Source of the DNA: a virus
Taxonomy: Duplodnaviria > Caudoviricetes
Virus record (IMG/VR): IMGVR_UViG_3300035492_000021
Span: 1 to 25,489 of that record
DNA length: 25,489 bases
Strand: one strand, 5' to 3'
A program made the translations under genes and the position numbers. This document shows, in pieces, positions 8,098-16,174 of the stretch (position 1 is the first letter of the stretch; each line of letters starts with the position of its first letter). The notes below the pieces were generated by a model. That model worked only from the letters and a program-made list of their open reading frames with translations. It searched no databases and was not told the origin of the DNA.

Positions 8098-9288
8098 ATG
8101 GACTTTGAAGCCCAGGTAAAAGAACTCAACTCCAGCCTGAAAGGCATCGGCGACCAGATCAAGGCCCAAGCCGAGGCCTCCCAGAAAGAAATCGCCCGCA
8201 CCGGCGAAATGCATGCGGAAACCCGTGCCAAGGTCGACGAACTGCTGAGCAAGCAGGGCGAATTGTCGGCGCGCCTGCAGGAGACTGAGCAGAAGCTGGT
8301 CAGCGCCAGCAACGGTGGCCGCAATCAGGCTGAGCGGCAGAAGTCTGCCGGTGAACTGGTAGTCGGCAGCGACCAGATGGAAGGCGTCAACGCATCCTTC
8401 CGTGGCTCCCGTCGCGTGTCTGTTCCTCGTGCCGCCATTACCTCCGCCCCGGCATCGGGTGGCGCCTTGGTCGGCGCTGACCGTCGTCCTGAGATCATCA
8501 TGCCGCCGGAGCGTCGCCTGACCATCCGCGACCTGATCGCGCCCGGGACCACCGATAGCAACGCCATCGAGTACGTCCGCGAAACCGGCTTCACCAACAA
8601 CGCCGCCGCGGTGGCTGAAGGCGGCGCCAAGCCTTATTCGGAACTGGTATTCGAGCTGGTCAACGCGCCGGTACGCACCCTGGCTCACCTGTTCAAGGCA
8701 AGCCGCCAGATCCTCGACGACTCGTCCGCGCTGCAGAGCTACATCGATGCCCGCGCGCGCTACGGCCTGCTCACCGTCGAGGAGCAGCAGCTCCTGTACG
8801 GAAACGGCACTGGCGCGAACCTGCAGGGCCTGATGACTCTGGCAGAGACCTATGCGGCTCCTGGCGGAATCGTGGTGACCGGCGAGCAGCGCATCGACCG
8901 TCTGCGCCTGGCGCTGCTGCAGGCTGAACTCTCCGAGTTCCCGGCTGACGGTATCGTCCTGAACCCGATCGACTGGGCTGCCATCGAGCTGACCAAGGAC
9001 GGCGAAGGTCGCTACATCGTCGGTCAGCCGCAGGAAGGCACCGCTGCCCGCCTGTGGAATCGTCCGGTCGTGGCTACTCAGGCCATGCAGCAGGACGAGT
9101 TCCTGACCGGTGCGTTCCGCCTCGGCGCCCAGATCTTCGACCGGATGGACGTCGAAATCCTGATCTCCACCGAGAACGACAAGGACTTCGAGAACAACAT
9201 GGTGACCATCCGCGCCGAAGAGCGCTTGGCGTTCGCTGTGTATCGCCCGGAAGCCTTCGTGACTGGCGCTCTGACCGTCACTCCGTAA
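8098..9288 (+). CDS. major capsid protein, HK97 fold, with N-terminal delta domain
   Basis: Coiled-coil N-terminal ~110 aa, VAEGGAKP, LLYGNGTG and IRAEERL motifs. Confidence 0.96.
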   Translation: MDFEAQVKELNSSLKGIGDQIKAQAEASQKEIARTGEMHAETRAKVDELLSKQGELSARLQETEQKLVSASNGGRNQAERQKSAGELVVGSDQMEGVNASFRGSRRVSVPRAAITSAPASGGALVGADRRPEIIMPPERRLTIRDLIAPGTTDSNAIEYVRETGFTNNAAAVAEGGAKPYSELVFELVNAPVRTLAHLFKASRQILDDSSALQSYIDARARYGLLTVEEQQLLYGNGTGANLQGLMTLAETYAAPGGIVVTGEQRIDRLRLALLQAELSEFPADGIVLNPIDWAAIELTKDGEGRYIVGQPQEGTAARLWNRPVVATQAMQQDEFLTGAFRLGAQIFDRMDVEILISTENDKDFENNMVTIRAEERLAFAVYRPEAFVTGALTVTP

Positions 9289-9296
9289 GCTACCAG

Positions 9297-9320
9297 AGGC
9301 GCCCCGCTTGGGGCGCCTTT
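9297..9320 (+). terminator. hairpin after the capsid gene (weak terminator or mRNA stabiliser)
   Basis: AGGCGCCCC-gctt-GGGGCGCCT followed by only a short T run. Confidence 0.55.
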
Positions 9321-9334
9321 CAGGAGGATGATTC

Positions 9335-9571
9335 ATGGCCAGACCAAGAAAAGCCGCGCCTGTGGCTGACTCTTCCAGTGAAACGGCTAAAGCCGTTGAC
9401 AGCTCCGAGACAAATCCCTCGGAGGTCACCATCTACCCGCTGCGCTCCTACATGGATGCCGGCGAGATCAAACGCCGCGGCGGGCCAGGTTATACGGTCC
9501 CGAAGCGACACGCCGACGCCCTGATTGCTCAGCGCGTGGCAAGCACCACGAAGCCTGACAGCGACAAGTAG
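9335..9571 (+). CDS. small hypothetical protein of the head module
   Basis: 78-aa ORF with AGGAGG SD. It fills the gap between capsid and connector. Confidence 0.75.
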   Translation: MARPRKAAPVADSSSETAKAVDSSETNPSEVTIYPLRSYMDAGEIKRRGGPGYTVPKRHADALIAQRVASTTKPDSDK

Positions 9572-9581
9572 GAGCCATCCA

Positions 9582-9890
9582 ATGCCAATGCCGACTCTCG
9601 CAGACCTGAAAACGCACCTGCGTATTCGGCACGCGCATGAGGATGAAGACCTGCAGATGAAGCTGGATGCCGCGACTGACCATGCGGGCCAGTTCATCGG
9701 GCGCCCAATTCCGTGGGTCGATGATGAAGGCGCTCCGGTCGACGTTCCGCATAGCGTGCGGCTGGCGATCCTGATCATCGCTGCAGAGCTGTACGCCAAC
9801 CGTGAGGAGAGCGTCGTGGGAACGATCTACTCGAAGATTCCCAAAGCGGAAAACATGCTGCACTTCTACCGCGTGGGGCTTGGGGTATGA
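9582..9890 (+). CDS. head-tail connector (HK97 gp6-like)
   Basis: LADLKTHLRI...ED and AILIIAAELYANRE motifs. GGAG SD. Confidence 0.9.
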   Translation: MPMPTLADLKTHLRIRHAHEDEDLQMKLDAATDHAGQFIGRPIPWVDDEGAPVDVPHSVRLAILIIAAELYANREESVVGTIYSKIPKAENMLHFYRVGLGV

Positions 9891-10435
9891 GAGCCGGTCG
9901 ACTTGATACGCCGGCCGACCTGCTGAGGCTGGACGCGGATGCGCGCCCATGTGTTGTGGATTGGCTCTGGATCGGCATCAGAGCGAAGGACTCCGGCGAC
10001 GTCCAAGCGCCATCGGGCTTGCGCAATCCTGGCAAGGTGGAAGTTCGGGCATGGTGGGATGACCGCCTGCAGATCGGACGATATCTCCGCGCAGATGGCC
10101 GGCTGCTGCTGATCGATAGCGTGCGTGACGTAACTGGAGCGCGCGCAGAGGCGGTGGTCACATGCAGTGAGCTGATCGGATCACCTGCCAAATACCGGCC
10201 TGCCGAAGGCTTGCCAGTGGATTGCCGTGTGCATGTCACGCATGAGGCCCCATATCGCGACGAGCTGGGCCAGGTCACCGACTACCGAACACGAATTCAG
10301 GTCGCGCTGATTGAAGTGGGTCGCCCGCAGGTGGATGACCAGATCATCGTGGAAGGAGCCAGGCACACCGTCATCGCATACGCAGATGAGACCGATGATG
10401 GCGTGGTCCGCGGGCTGTGGGTGGAGAAGGCCTGA
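9887..10435 (+). CDS. head closure / head-tail adaptor protein (long form)
   Basis: MRAGRL N-terminus typical of SPP1 gp16-like adaptors, plus synteny. Confidence 0.7.
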   Translation: MRAGRLDTPADLLRLDADARPCVVDWLWIGIRAKDSGDVQAPSGLRNPGKVEVRAWWDDRLQIGRYLRADGRLLLIDSVRDVTGARAEAVVTCSELIGSPAKYRPAEGLPVDCRVHVTHEAPYRDELGQVTDYRTRIQVALIEVGRPQVDDQIIVEGARHTVIAYADETDDGVVRGLWVEKA

Positions 10436-10995
10436 TGCAGGTATCGATCAAAGTGTCAGGCCTGGAGCTGGCGCAAGCAAGGCTCGCCGAAGTGAACCGA
10501 AAGATTGACCCGGTCCTTCGCGGCGCGTTGAACACGACCGCGAACAAGGCCCGCACCGTGCGCTACGTGAACCCTCTACGCGGCTCGCGGATGCCTGTCT
10601 TTAGTCGTCGAGCGCTGCGCGTCAAGCGGGCGCGTGGACGGCTCACCAACGCCCGGATCATTCCGTCTAGCTCAGGCGTTCCAGTAACCCGTTATCTCGG
10701 CTGGGGCTACAGCAAGATCAGCGCGACTCGAGCCCGTATCTGGGTCAAGGGTCCGAAAGGGCACAAGGTTGCCGCTGGCTTCGTGAACCCGTCCAGCTTC
10801 AGCCGAATGCCCTGGAGCACGCGCATCAAGGTGCGTGGCGCCCCGAAGGGCTTCTTGTCGCCAGCGCTTGGCCCATCGGTGGCGTACTGGTTCAAGCAAC
10901 TCACCGATGGCCAGACGATCCGCTGGACGAACATCTTCCTGCAACAGGAGTTCGAGAAGCGGATCAGGCGAGAGATTGCAAAGGGGGCACGATGA
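10435..10995 (+). CDS. tail completion protein (lambda gpZ/HK97 gp10-like position)
   Basis: Very basic protein with a RGALNTTA motif and GPSV near the C-terminus. TGATG coupling. Confidence 0.7.
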   Translation: MQVSIKVSGLELAQARLAEVNRKIDPVLRGALNTTANKARTVRYVNPLRGSRMPVFSRRALRVKRARGRLTNARIIPSSSGVPVTRYLGWGYSKISATRARIWVKGPKGHKVAAGFVNPSSFSRMPWSTRIKVRGAPKGFLSPALGPSVAYWFKQLTDGQTIRWTNIFLQQEFEKRIRREIAKGAR

Positions 10996-11423
10996 CCAGA
11001 GGTACAGAGCTTTCTGCCGAGATCCTGAAGCGCCTCGAGGCAATCAGTCCCGCCAATGACTACCACACCAAAGTCGAGCGCGTTTATGGCTTTGGAGAGC
11101 GCAAGCCAGATAAGGCGCCAATGCCTTACATCCTGGCCCGCATTGCGAGCGACGAACTGGAAGAAACGGCGGGAACAACGGCTTCGCGGGCGGCGCGCTA
11201 TGAGATCGAGGGCGTCATGCCAAGGTCCTCGTCATTGCAGGATCTCCAACTGCTGCATCACGACATTTTGAAGACCCTTGGCACTGGCCAGCTTCCGCAC
11301 GTTCGGCCGCTCAAGAGTGGCTGGCCTTTTGAAGAGGCCGCCGAGTATGAGCCAGACATTGAGGGCAGCACGACGCGCAGCGTAACCAGCTCGATAACCA
11401 TCCGGTATGTCGAGAAATACTGA
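10992..11423 (+). CDS. tail terminator protein (gpU-like)
   Basis: 143 aa, LEAISPANDYHT N-terminus, directly upstream of the major tail gene. Confidence 0.7.
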   Translation: MTRGTELSAEILKRLEAISPANDYHTKVERVYGFGERKPDKAPMPYILARIASDELEETAGTTASRAARYEIEGVMPRSSSLQDLQLLHHDILKTLGTGQLPHVRPLKSGWPFEEAAEYEPDIEGSTTRSVTSSITIRYVEKY

Positions 11424-11441
11424 CCAGAACACCAACCCATC

Positions 11442-11466
11442 AACCCGCCATGAGCGGGTTTTTTTT
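11442..11466 (+). terminator. intrinsic terminator
   Basis: AACCCGC-catga-GCGGGTT with a T8 run. Confidence 0.85.
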
Positions 11467-11484
11467 CGCCTGGAGAAAACTCGC

Positions 11485-12012
11485 ATGGCCAACTACGCAT
11501 ACATGGGCAAGGGCATCGTAAGCCTCACGCCGGAAGGTGGCGGCACCGCCGTCGACGTGGGCAACGTGTCCGCGCTCAACTTCAACATCAACGAGAACAT
11601 CATCAAGCTGCCGAACTACCGGACGGCAGGCGGCGGCACCTATGCCCAGGTGAACCGCATCGAGTCGGTCGAATTCACGGCAACGCTGCACGACCTGAGC
11701 CCGGAGAACCTGGCGATGGTTCTGTTCGGCACCGTGACCGAGGATGTACCGAACAGCAAGGCGACCATCGAGGCCCTGACCACTGGCGCGCAGACGTTCC
11801 AGATGGTCTTCGCCGGCGTGAACGAGGCGGCCACCGGCAAAACCGTGACCGTAACCGTGCACCGCGCCAAGATCGGTGCCGCTCAGGGCCTGGGTTTCAT
11901 TGGTGATGAGTTCGCCGCGCTGGAGATCACCGGCGAGGTGCTGATCGACACCAGCATCGTCGGTGCCGGCCTGTCTCAGTTCTTCAAGATCGAGATGGAC
12001 ACCATCGCCTAA
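11485..12012 (+). CDS. major tail (tube) protein
   Basis: GGAG SD, YMGKG..VGNVSAL motifs, strong high-expression codon bias, and synteny. Confidence 0.85.
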   Translation: MANYAYMGKGIVSLTPEGGGTAVDVGNVSALNFNINENIIKLPNYRTAGGGTYAQVNRIESVEFTATLHDLSPENLAMVLFGTVTEDVPNSKATIEALTTGAQTFQMVFAGVNEAATGKTVTVTVHRAKIGAAQGLGFIGDEFAALEITGEVLIDTSIVGAGLSQFFKIEMDTIA

Positions 12013-12017
12013 CGGTA

Positions 12018-12045
12018 TTGACCGCATCGGCGAGTCACATAGCGT
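12018..12045 (+). promoter_or_regulatory. putative sigma70 promoter at the start of the moron island
   Basis: TTGACC (12018-23), 16 bp, TAGCGT (12040-45), immediately after the major tail stop codon. Confidence 0.45.
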
Positions 12046-12061
12046 TGGGCTTAGGCCATAA

Positions 12062-12104
12062 AGCAAAACCCCCGGAGCCGGCCAGCTCGCGGGGGTTTTT
12101 GTTT
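12062..12104. terminator. bidirectional terminator-like hairpin
   Basis: AAAACCCCCG-GAGC-cggcca-GCTC-g-CGGGGGTTTT, with A and T tracts on both sides. Confidence 0.75.
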
Positions 12105-12135
12105 CCACCACATATCGCATCTATGGGGCAGAACA

Positions 12136-12297
12136 TTGATCAATTATAGGCCCAAACACCGGGTCAAGGTAGATGGTGCTATGAGTCAAGAAGGCGCTGA
12201 TCTTGTTGGAAAGCGGTTGGCGAATGCAGCCATGGTTGCTGCGCTCTTGTTCGGAGCTGCTGCTGTCATTGCGGCTGTCGGAACGCTCGTTGCGTAG
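12136..12297 (+). CDS. small single-TM hydrophobic peptide, candidate type I toxin (53 aa from TTG 12136 or 38 aa from ATG 12181; not in the ORF track)
   Basis: MINYRPKHRVKVDGAMSQEGADLVGKRLANAAMVAALLFGAAAVIAAVGTLVA*. GGGG lies upstream of the TTG and AAGGT upstream of the ATG. The ORF is flanked by hairpins. Confidence 0.65.
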   Translation: MINYRPKHRVKVDGAMSQEGADLVGKRLANAAMVAALLFGAAAVIAAVGTLVA

Positions 12298-12306
12298 CGC
12301 CCAAGT

Positions 12307-12333
12307 CCAAGCCCATCGGATCGGTGGGCTTGG
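12307..12333 (+). other. 12-bp RNA hairpin downstream of the small peptide gene
   Basis: CCAAGCCCATCG-gat-CGGTGGGCTTGG. Confidence 0.7.
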
Positions 12334-12344
12334 CGCTGGCGTTT

Positions 12345-12353
12345 TGCTAGAGT
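12345..12353 (+). promoter_or_regulatory. putative extended -10 promoter for the DUF4124 moron
   Basis: TGcTAGAGT about 25 bp upstream of ATG 12378, with a GGAGG SD in between. Confidence 0.4.
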
Positions 12354-12377
12354 TCTCCTGCACATGGAGGATTCAAT

Positions 12378-12911
12378 ATGCAACGCTATTTTCTTGGAAT
12401 TGCGCTGGCCGCCGTATTTTCGGCTGAGGCCAGTGCTGCCGCCATCTTCAAATGCGTGGACGCTAACGGGAAAGTGACGTTCACGCAGAACCAGAACTGT
12501 CCGGAGAACTCCGGTCTCGATGATGTGGTGCGCGCGCACAACCCGACCATTAGCGGATCAAGTGCCCCCGTACAAATGGCCACGCCAGCCGCTTCGGCCT
12601 ATTCACCGGTCCAGCGCACGCAGGCGCCTAGCAAAGGCGTTGCCGTAGTGGGGGGAAGCGCTGCGAGGCCAGGGTGCGACACGGGGTTGTCTGACAGAGA
12701 CCTGCGCACCGCGAAAGTACGCGGCGAGATCGTACCGGGTATGTCTCGCAAGGATGTAGAGAGCATGTACGGCCAGGTGAATCGCAACGGCAGCGCCCGA
12801 GGCGCTGGAGGCAGCACGTACTGGAACGACAAGAACCTCGACATGACGCATGTCAGCTACGATTCATCAGGCTGCGTCCGGTCCAGCTATCAATCCGGCC
12901 ACCGAAACTGA
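12378..12911 (+). CDS. exported DUF4124-domain protein with an SmpA/OmlA-like C-terminal segment (moron)
   Basis: Signal peptide (ASA cleavage), IFKCVDANGKVTFTQ DUF4124 motif, GMSRKDVESMYG motif, and its own terminator. Confidence 0.8.
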   Translation: MQRYFLGIALAAVFSAEASAAAIFKCVDANGKVTFTQNQNCPENSGLDDVVRAHNPTISGSSAPVQMATPAASAYSPVQRTQAPSKGVAVVGGSAARPGCDTGLSDRDLRTAKVRGEIVPGMSRKDVESMYGQVNRNGSARGAGGSTYWNDKNLDMTHVSYDSSGCVRSSYQSGHRN

Positions 12912-12928
12912 TCGGCTGGCCCATCAAC

Positions 12929-12951
12929 AAACCCGCTTCGGCGGGTTTTTT
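12929..12951 (+). terminator. intrinsic terminator
   Basis: AAACCCGC-TTCG-GCGGGTTT plus a T run, with a UUCG tetraloop. Confidence 0.9.
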
Positions 12952-12968
12952 ATTGCCCGGAGTTTTGC

Positions 12969-13334
12969 ATGAGCGATCTGAAAATCCTGTTTCCCGAGCC
13001 AGTCACCGTCGAGGTGATGGGGCGCGACGTGCAGATTCTTCCGGTGAAGCTGCGCCACTTCGAGCGCTACGGCAAATCGGCCGGCGCCCTGGTCGAGCTG
13101 TTCAGCCAAGCCAGCGTGCAGCAAATCAACCGCTATGCCGCCACGCATAGCCGCGAGCTGCGCCAGGTGCTGCTGGCCACGACCAGCGTCAAGCGCTGGC
13201 AGTTGTGGTTCCTGCCCGCGACTGTTTCCGTGCAACTGCTCGTCGAAGTGGTGCGGGTGAACTCAAGTTTTTTCGGCGACGCCCTGCCGGCAATGGTCAG
13301 GGCGCTGAATGGAGCTCCGTTGTCCAACGGCTGA
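12969..13334 (+). CDS. tail assembly chaperone (gpG-like)
   Basis: Lies between the tail tube and tape measure genes. Contains VVRVNSSFF with a slippery site. Confidence 0.85.
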   Translation: MSDLKILFPEPVTVEVMGRDVQILPVKLRHFERYGKSAGALVELFSQASVQQINRYAATHSRELRQVLLATTSVKRWQLWFLPATVSVQLLVEVVRVNSSFFGDALPAMVRALNGAPLSNG

Positions 13335-13510
13335 TCGCGGCAGGCCACGCGCTGGGCGATGTGCAGGACTACAGCCTGCCGCAGATCGAGGCATTCCTCG
13401 CAGCCGTTGATGCCGAGGACCGTGCCGCCAACCGGGTGGCGCTCATCGCCGCTCGTGCGGCAAATGCCAAGCCCGAAGACTTCAAACGCTTACTCAAGGA
13501 TTTCGCCTGA
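13268..13510 (+). CDS. -1 frameshift extension of the tail assembly chaperone (gpGT-like; full product 12969..13510)
   Basis: In-frame heptamer T TTT TTC at 13268-13274. The -1 frame stays open to TGA 13510 (WSSVVQRLIAAGH...YSLPQIEAFL) and is coupled to the tape measure ATG. Confidence 0.8.
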   Translation, partial: FFRRRPAGNGQGAEWSSVVQRLIAAGHALGDVQDYSLPQIEAFLAAVDAEDRAANRVALIAARAANAKPEDFKRLLKDFA

Positions 13511-15654
13511 TGGCTAAGGTCAAGACCCAGCTGGTCATCGACGGCAAGAACAACTCAAAGAAGGCGTTCGATGAGGTCAACAGCCAGCTCAACAGCATGA
13601 ACAAGCAGCTGGCAACGGCCGGCAAGGCGCTGGTCGGTGTTTTCTCCGTGTCTGCGCTGACCGGCGCCGTGCGCGGTATCGCCAATGCGGCCGACAGCTA
13701 CAACCTGATGAACGCTCGCCTGAAGCTGGCGACCGAATCGCAGGAAGAGTTCAACACCGCGCAGTCCGAGCTGCGCCGCATTGCACAGGCAACGCAGTCA
13801 CCGCTGGAATCGCTGGCGACGCTGTACCAGCGCATCAGCCGGCCGCTGAAAGAGGCGGGGCGCAGCCAGGCCGACATTCTCAAGGTGACCGAGGCTGTCG
13901 CCACCTCGTTCCGCGTCTCCGGCGCCAGCGCTCAGGAGGCCGAGAACGGCGTGATCCAGTTCGCCCAGGCATTGGGCTCTGGCGCGCTGCGAGGTGATGA
14001 GTTCAACTCCGTGGCCGAGCAGGCTCCGCGCCTGATGCAGGCGCTGGCGGATTCGCTGAACGTGCCGGTTGGCGCGCTCAAGGAGATGGCGTCGCAGGGG
14101 CTGCTGACGGCGGACGTGGTGACCACTGCGCTGGTCGAGCAGCTCGGCACGCTGCGATCCGAAGCTGAATCGCTGCCAGCCACGGTTGGCGGAGCCATGA
14201 CGGAGCTGTCCGACAAGTGGAACGAAGCAATCGGTCAGGCCGATGTGCAGCCGCTTATCGACGCAATCAACAGCCTCGGCGAGACGCTTGGCGACCCGGT
14301 CGTCATTGATAATCTGGTTCGACTGGCATCTGCGCTGGCAACGCTCGCCGGCACCGCTGTAGATGGTGCGTCCGAGTTTGTCGATCTGGGCAAGCGGATC
14401 GGTTTCGTTGCCGCGAATGCGGCTGGCATGGTCACCGAGCTGGATCAGGTCGATCAGGAAATCGCTGATATCGACCGCAGCCTCTCCGGCACAGGGCTAA
14501 ACACCACGCTGGCTGGCATGTGGTTCAGCGAAGAGGAGCTGAAGGCCAAGCGCGAGGCGCTGGTGGCCTTTCGCAACGCCATCGTCGAGCAGCAGACAGG
14601 CATGAATGCCGAACTGAGCGCGGCGGCAGCCACAGCCGCGACACAGGCCGAAGCGGAGCGACAGCAGGAAATCAGCGCCCGCAACAAGTACATCGCTGAC
14701 CTGAAAACCCAGCAGGAGCGCATGGTTTCCGCCGCAGAGCAGGCCGGCAAGGACTTGGTTGCTGCCGAGAAGAAAGCGAACGGAGAGCTGCAGAAGGCTC
14801 GCGACGAGCGAATCAAGATCGAGCAGCGCTACCAGGAAGCGCTTGCCGGAATGAACTCTGGCGGCGAGGCCTCCTATGGGGCGGCTCAGTCGCTGAAGGT
14901 AGGCGCTCGGCAGGCGCTACAGGCCGGTGACGTGGAGGGCGCGCAGGCACAGGCGCAGGCCGCGCTGAGGATGCTGGAAGAACTCCGCGCCGCAGGTGCC
15001 AACACCTACGGATTCGAGGGCTTCATCGGCGAACTGCGCGACATCGAACTGGCCGCAAACGACATCGAGAAGAGCAACGCAGAGGCAAAGATTCAGTCAA
15101 TCCGCGACGAGATGGCCGCGCTAAAGGAGCAGGCCGACAAGCTCAAGGATGCGCCGATCAGCTTCAAGATGGACGAGGAAAGCCTCAACGGCGTGCGAAG
15201 CCAGATCCAGCAGCTGGCCGAACAGCTCGGGCAGCAACTGGTGATTCCGGTCAAGGTTGCCGCCAGCGACTTTACCCAGCCCTATACGTTGCAAGACCCA
15301 GGCCCCGCGCCGAGTGGCTTCGCCACGGGCGGCTACATCAGCGGCCCCGGCACCGGAACCAGCGACAGCATCCCGGCCTACCTCTCGAACGGCGAGTACG
15401 TCGTTCGCGCGGCAGCGGTGAAGAAGCTCGGCAAGGGCTATCTGGACTGGATCAACCGTGGCCTGCACGTACCGCGCTTCGCCGACGGCGGCCTGGTCGG
15501 CGCTGTGTCCTCGATGCAGCCTCAGCAGGGGCGCGACCTCGGCCGGGTGGACCTCAACGTCGGCGGCGAGTCGTTCTCGTTCCTCGCCGAGCGCGACCAG
15601 TTCGACCGGGTACTGAGCCGCACAAAGGCCAAATTCGGCCGCACTCACGGATAA
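13510..15654 (+). CDS. tail tape measure protein
   Basis: Ala/Gln/Glu-rich helical protein with QFAQALGSGALRGDEFNSV and C-terminal FATGGYISGPGTGTSDSIPA motifs. Confidence 0.96.
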   Translation: MAKVKTQLVIDGKNNSKKAFDEVNSQLNSMNKQLATAGKALVGVFSVSALTGAVRGIANAADSYNLMNARLKLATESQEEFNTAQSELRRIAQATQSPLESLATLYQRISRPLKEAGRSQADILKVTEAVATSFRVSGASAQEAENGVIQFAQALGSGALRGDEFNSVAEQAPRLMQALADSLNVPVGALKEMASQGLLTADVVTTALVEQLGTLRSEAESLPATVGGAMTELSDKWNEAIGQADVQPLIDAINSLGETLGDPVVIDNLVRLASALATLAGTAVDGASEFVDLGKRIGFVAANAAGMVTELDQVDQEIADIDRSLSGTGLNTTLAGMWFSEEELKAKREALVAFRNAIVEQQTGMNAELSAAAATAATQAEAERQQEISARNKYIADLKTQQERMVSAAEQAGKDLVAAEKKANGELQKARDERIKIEQRYQEALAGMNSGGEASYGAAQSLKVGARQALQAGDVEGAQAQAQAALRMLEELRAAGANTYGFEGFIGELRDIELAANDIEKSNAEAKIQSIRDEMAALKEQADKLKDAPISFKMDEESLNGVRSQIQQLAEQLGQQLVIPVKVAASDFTQPYTLQDPGPAPSGFATGGYISGPGTGTSDSIPAYLSNGEYVVRAAAVKKLGKGYLDWINRGLHVPRFADGGLVGAVSSMQPQQGRDLGRVDLNVGGESFSFLAERDQFDRVLSRTKAKFGRTHG

Positions 15655-15664
15655 CGGAGCCACC

Positions 15665-16174
15665 ATGGCACAACCCACCATCATGCTCGGCGGCGTGCCG
15701 ATCGTGCTGCACGCCGGTGCGCCGGAGGAAAGCATCGGCGCCATCGGCGGCTCTACCGTGCTGCGTATGAGCGACGGCGCCGGGGTGAAGATGCAGCACT
15801 GGCAGCGCTCGGCCGGCAGCATTTCCGGCTCCGGCTGGATGCCGCCAGGCCTCGCCGGGCTGGACTACTCGCAGCCGCTTGAGCTGCGCAGCACCAAGGT
15901 GCTGAGCCACGTTGGCGCCGGCACAGCCTTCACGCTACTCGGCACGCCTCGGCCGGATGTCGCGCCTTGGGCGCATGCGCTGGTCGGCGATCAGTGGGTG
16001 CGCACCGCCTGCACCTACGCCGACGGCGTGGTCACCGTCACCCCTGTGGCCGGCGCCACCCTGTACCAGGCCTGCTACATGCCGGTGTTCTCGGTGTTCG
16101 CCGAGCCGCCGAGCGAATCGCAGAGCGCCGGCACCGCCACGCACAGCTGGTCGATCAACTGGGAAGAAACCTAA
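15665..16174 (+). CDS. distal tail / minor tail protein
   Basis: First gene after the tape measure, beta-rich, ends WSINWEET. Confidence 0.65.
   Translation: MAQPTIMLGGVPIVLHAGAPEESIGAIGGSTVLRMSDGAGVKMQHWQRSAGSISGSGWMPPGLAGLDYSQPLELRSTKVLSHVGAGTAFTLLGTPRPDVAPWAHALVGDQWVRTACTYADGVVTVTPVAGATLYQACYMPVFSVFAEPPSESQSAGTATHSWSINWEET

Noticed and set aside
7660-9432. 590-aa minus-strand ORF
   Set aside because: Shadow ORF antisense to the protease and capsid genes, produced by GC-rich codon bias. It has no recognisable motifs.
12121-12539. Track ORFs 12121..12363(-), 12186..12539(-) and 12203..12427(+)
   Set aside because: Implausible composition and overlap with the hairpin and/or the DUF4124 gene. 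The 12136/12181..12297 peptide fits the space and signals better.
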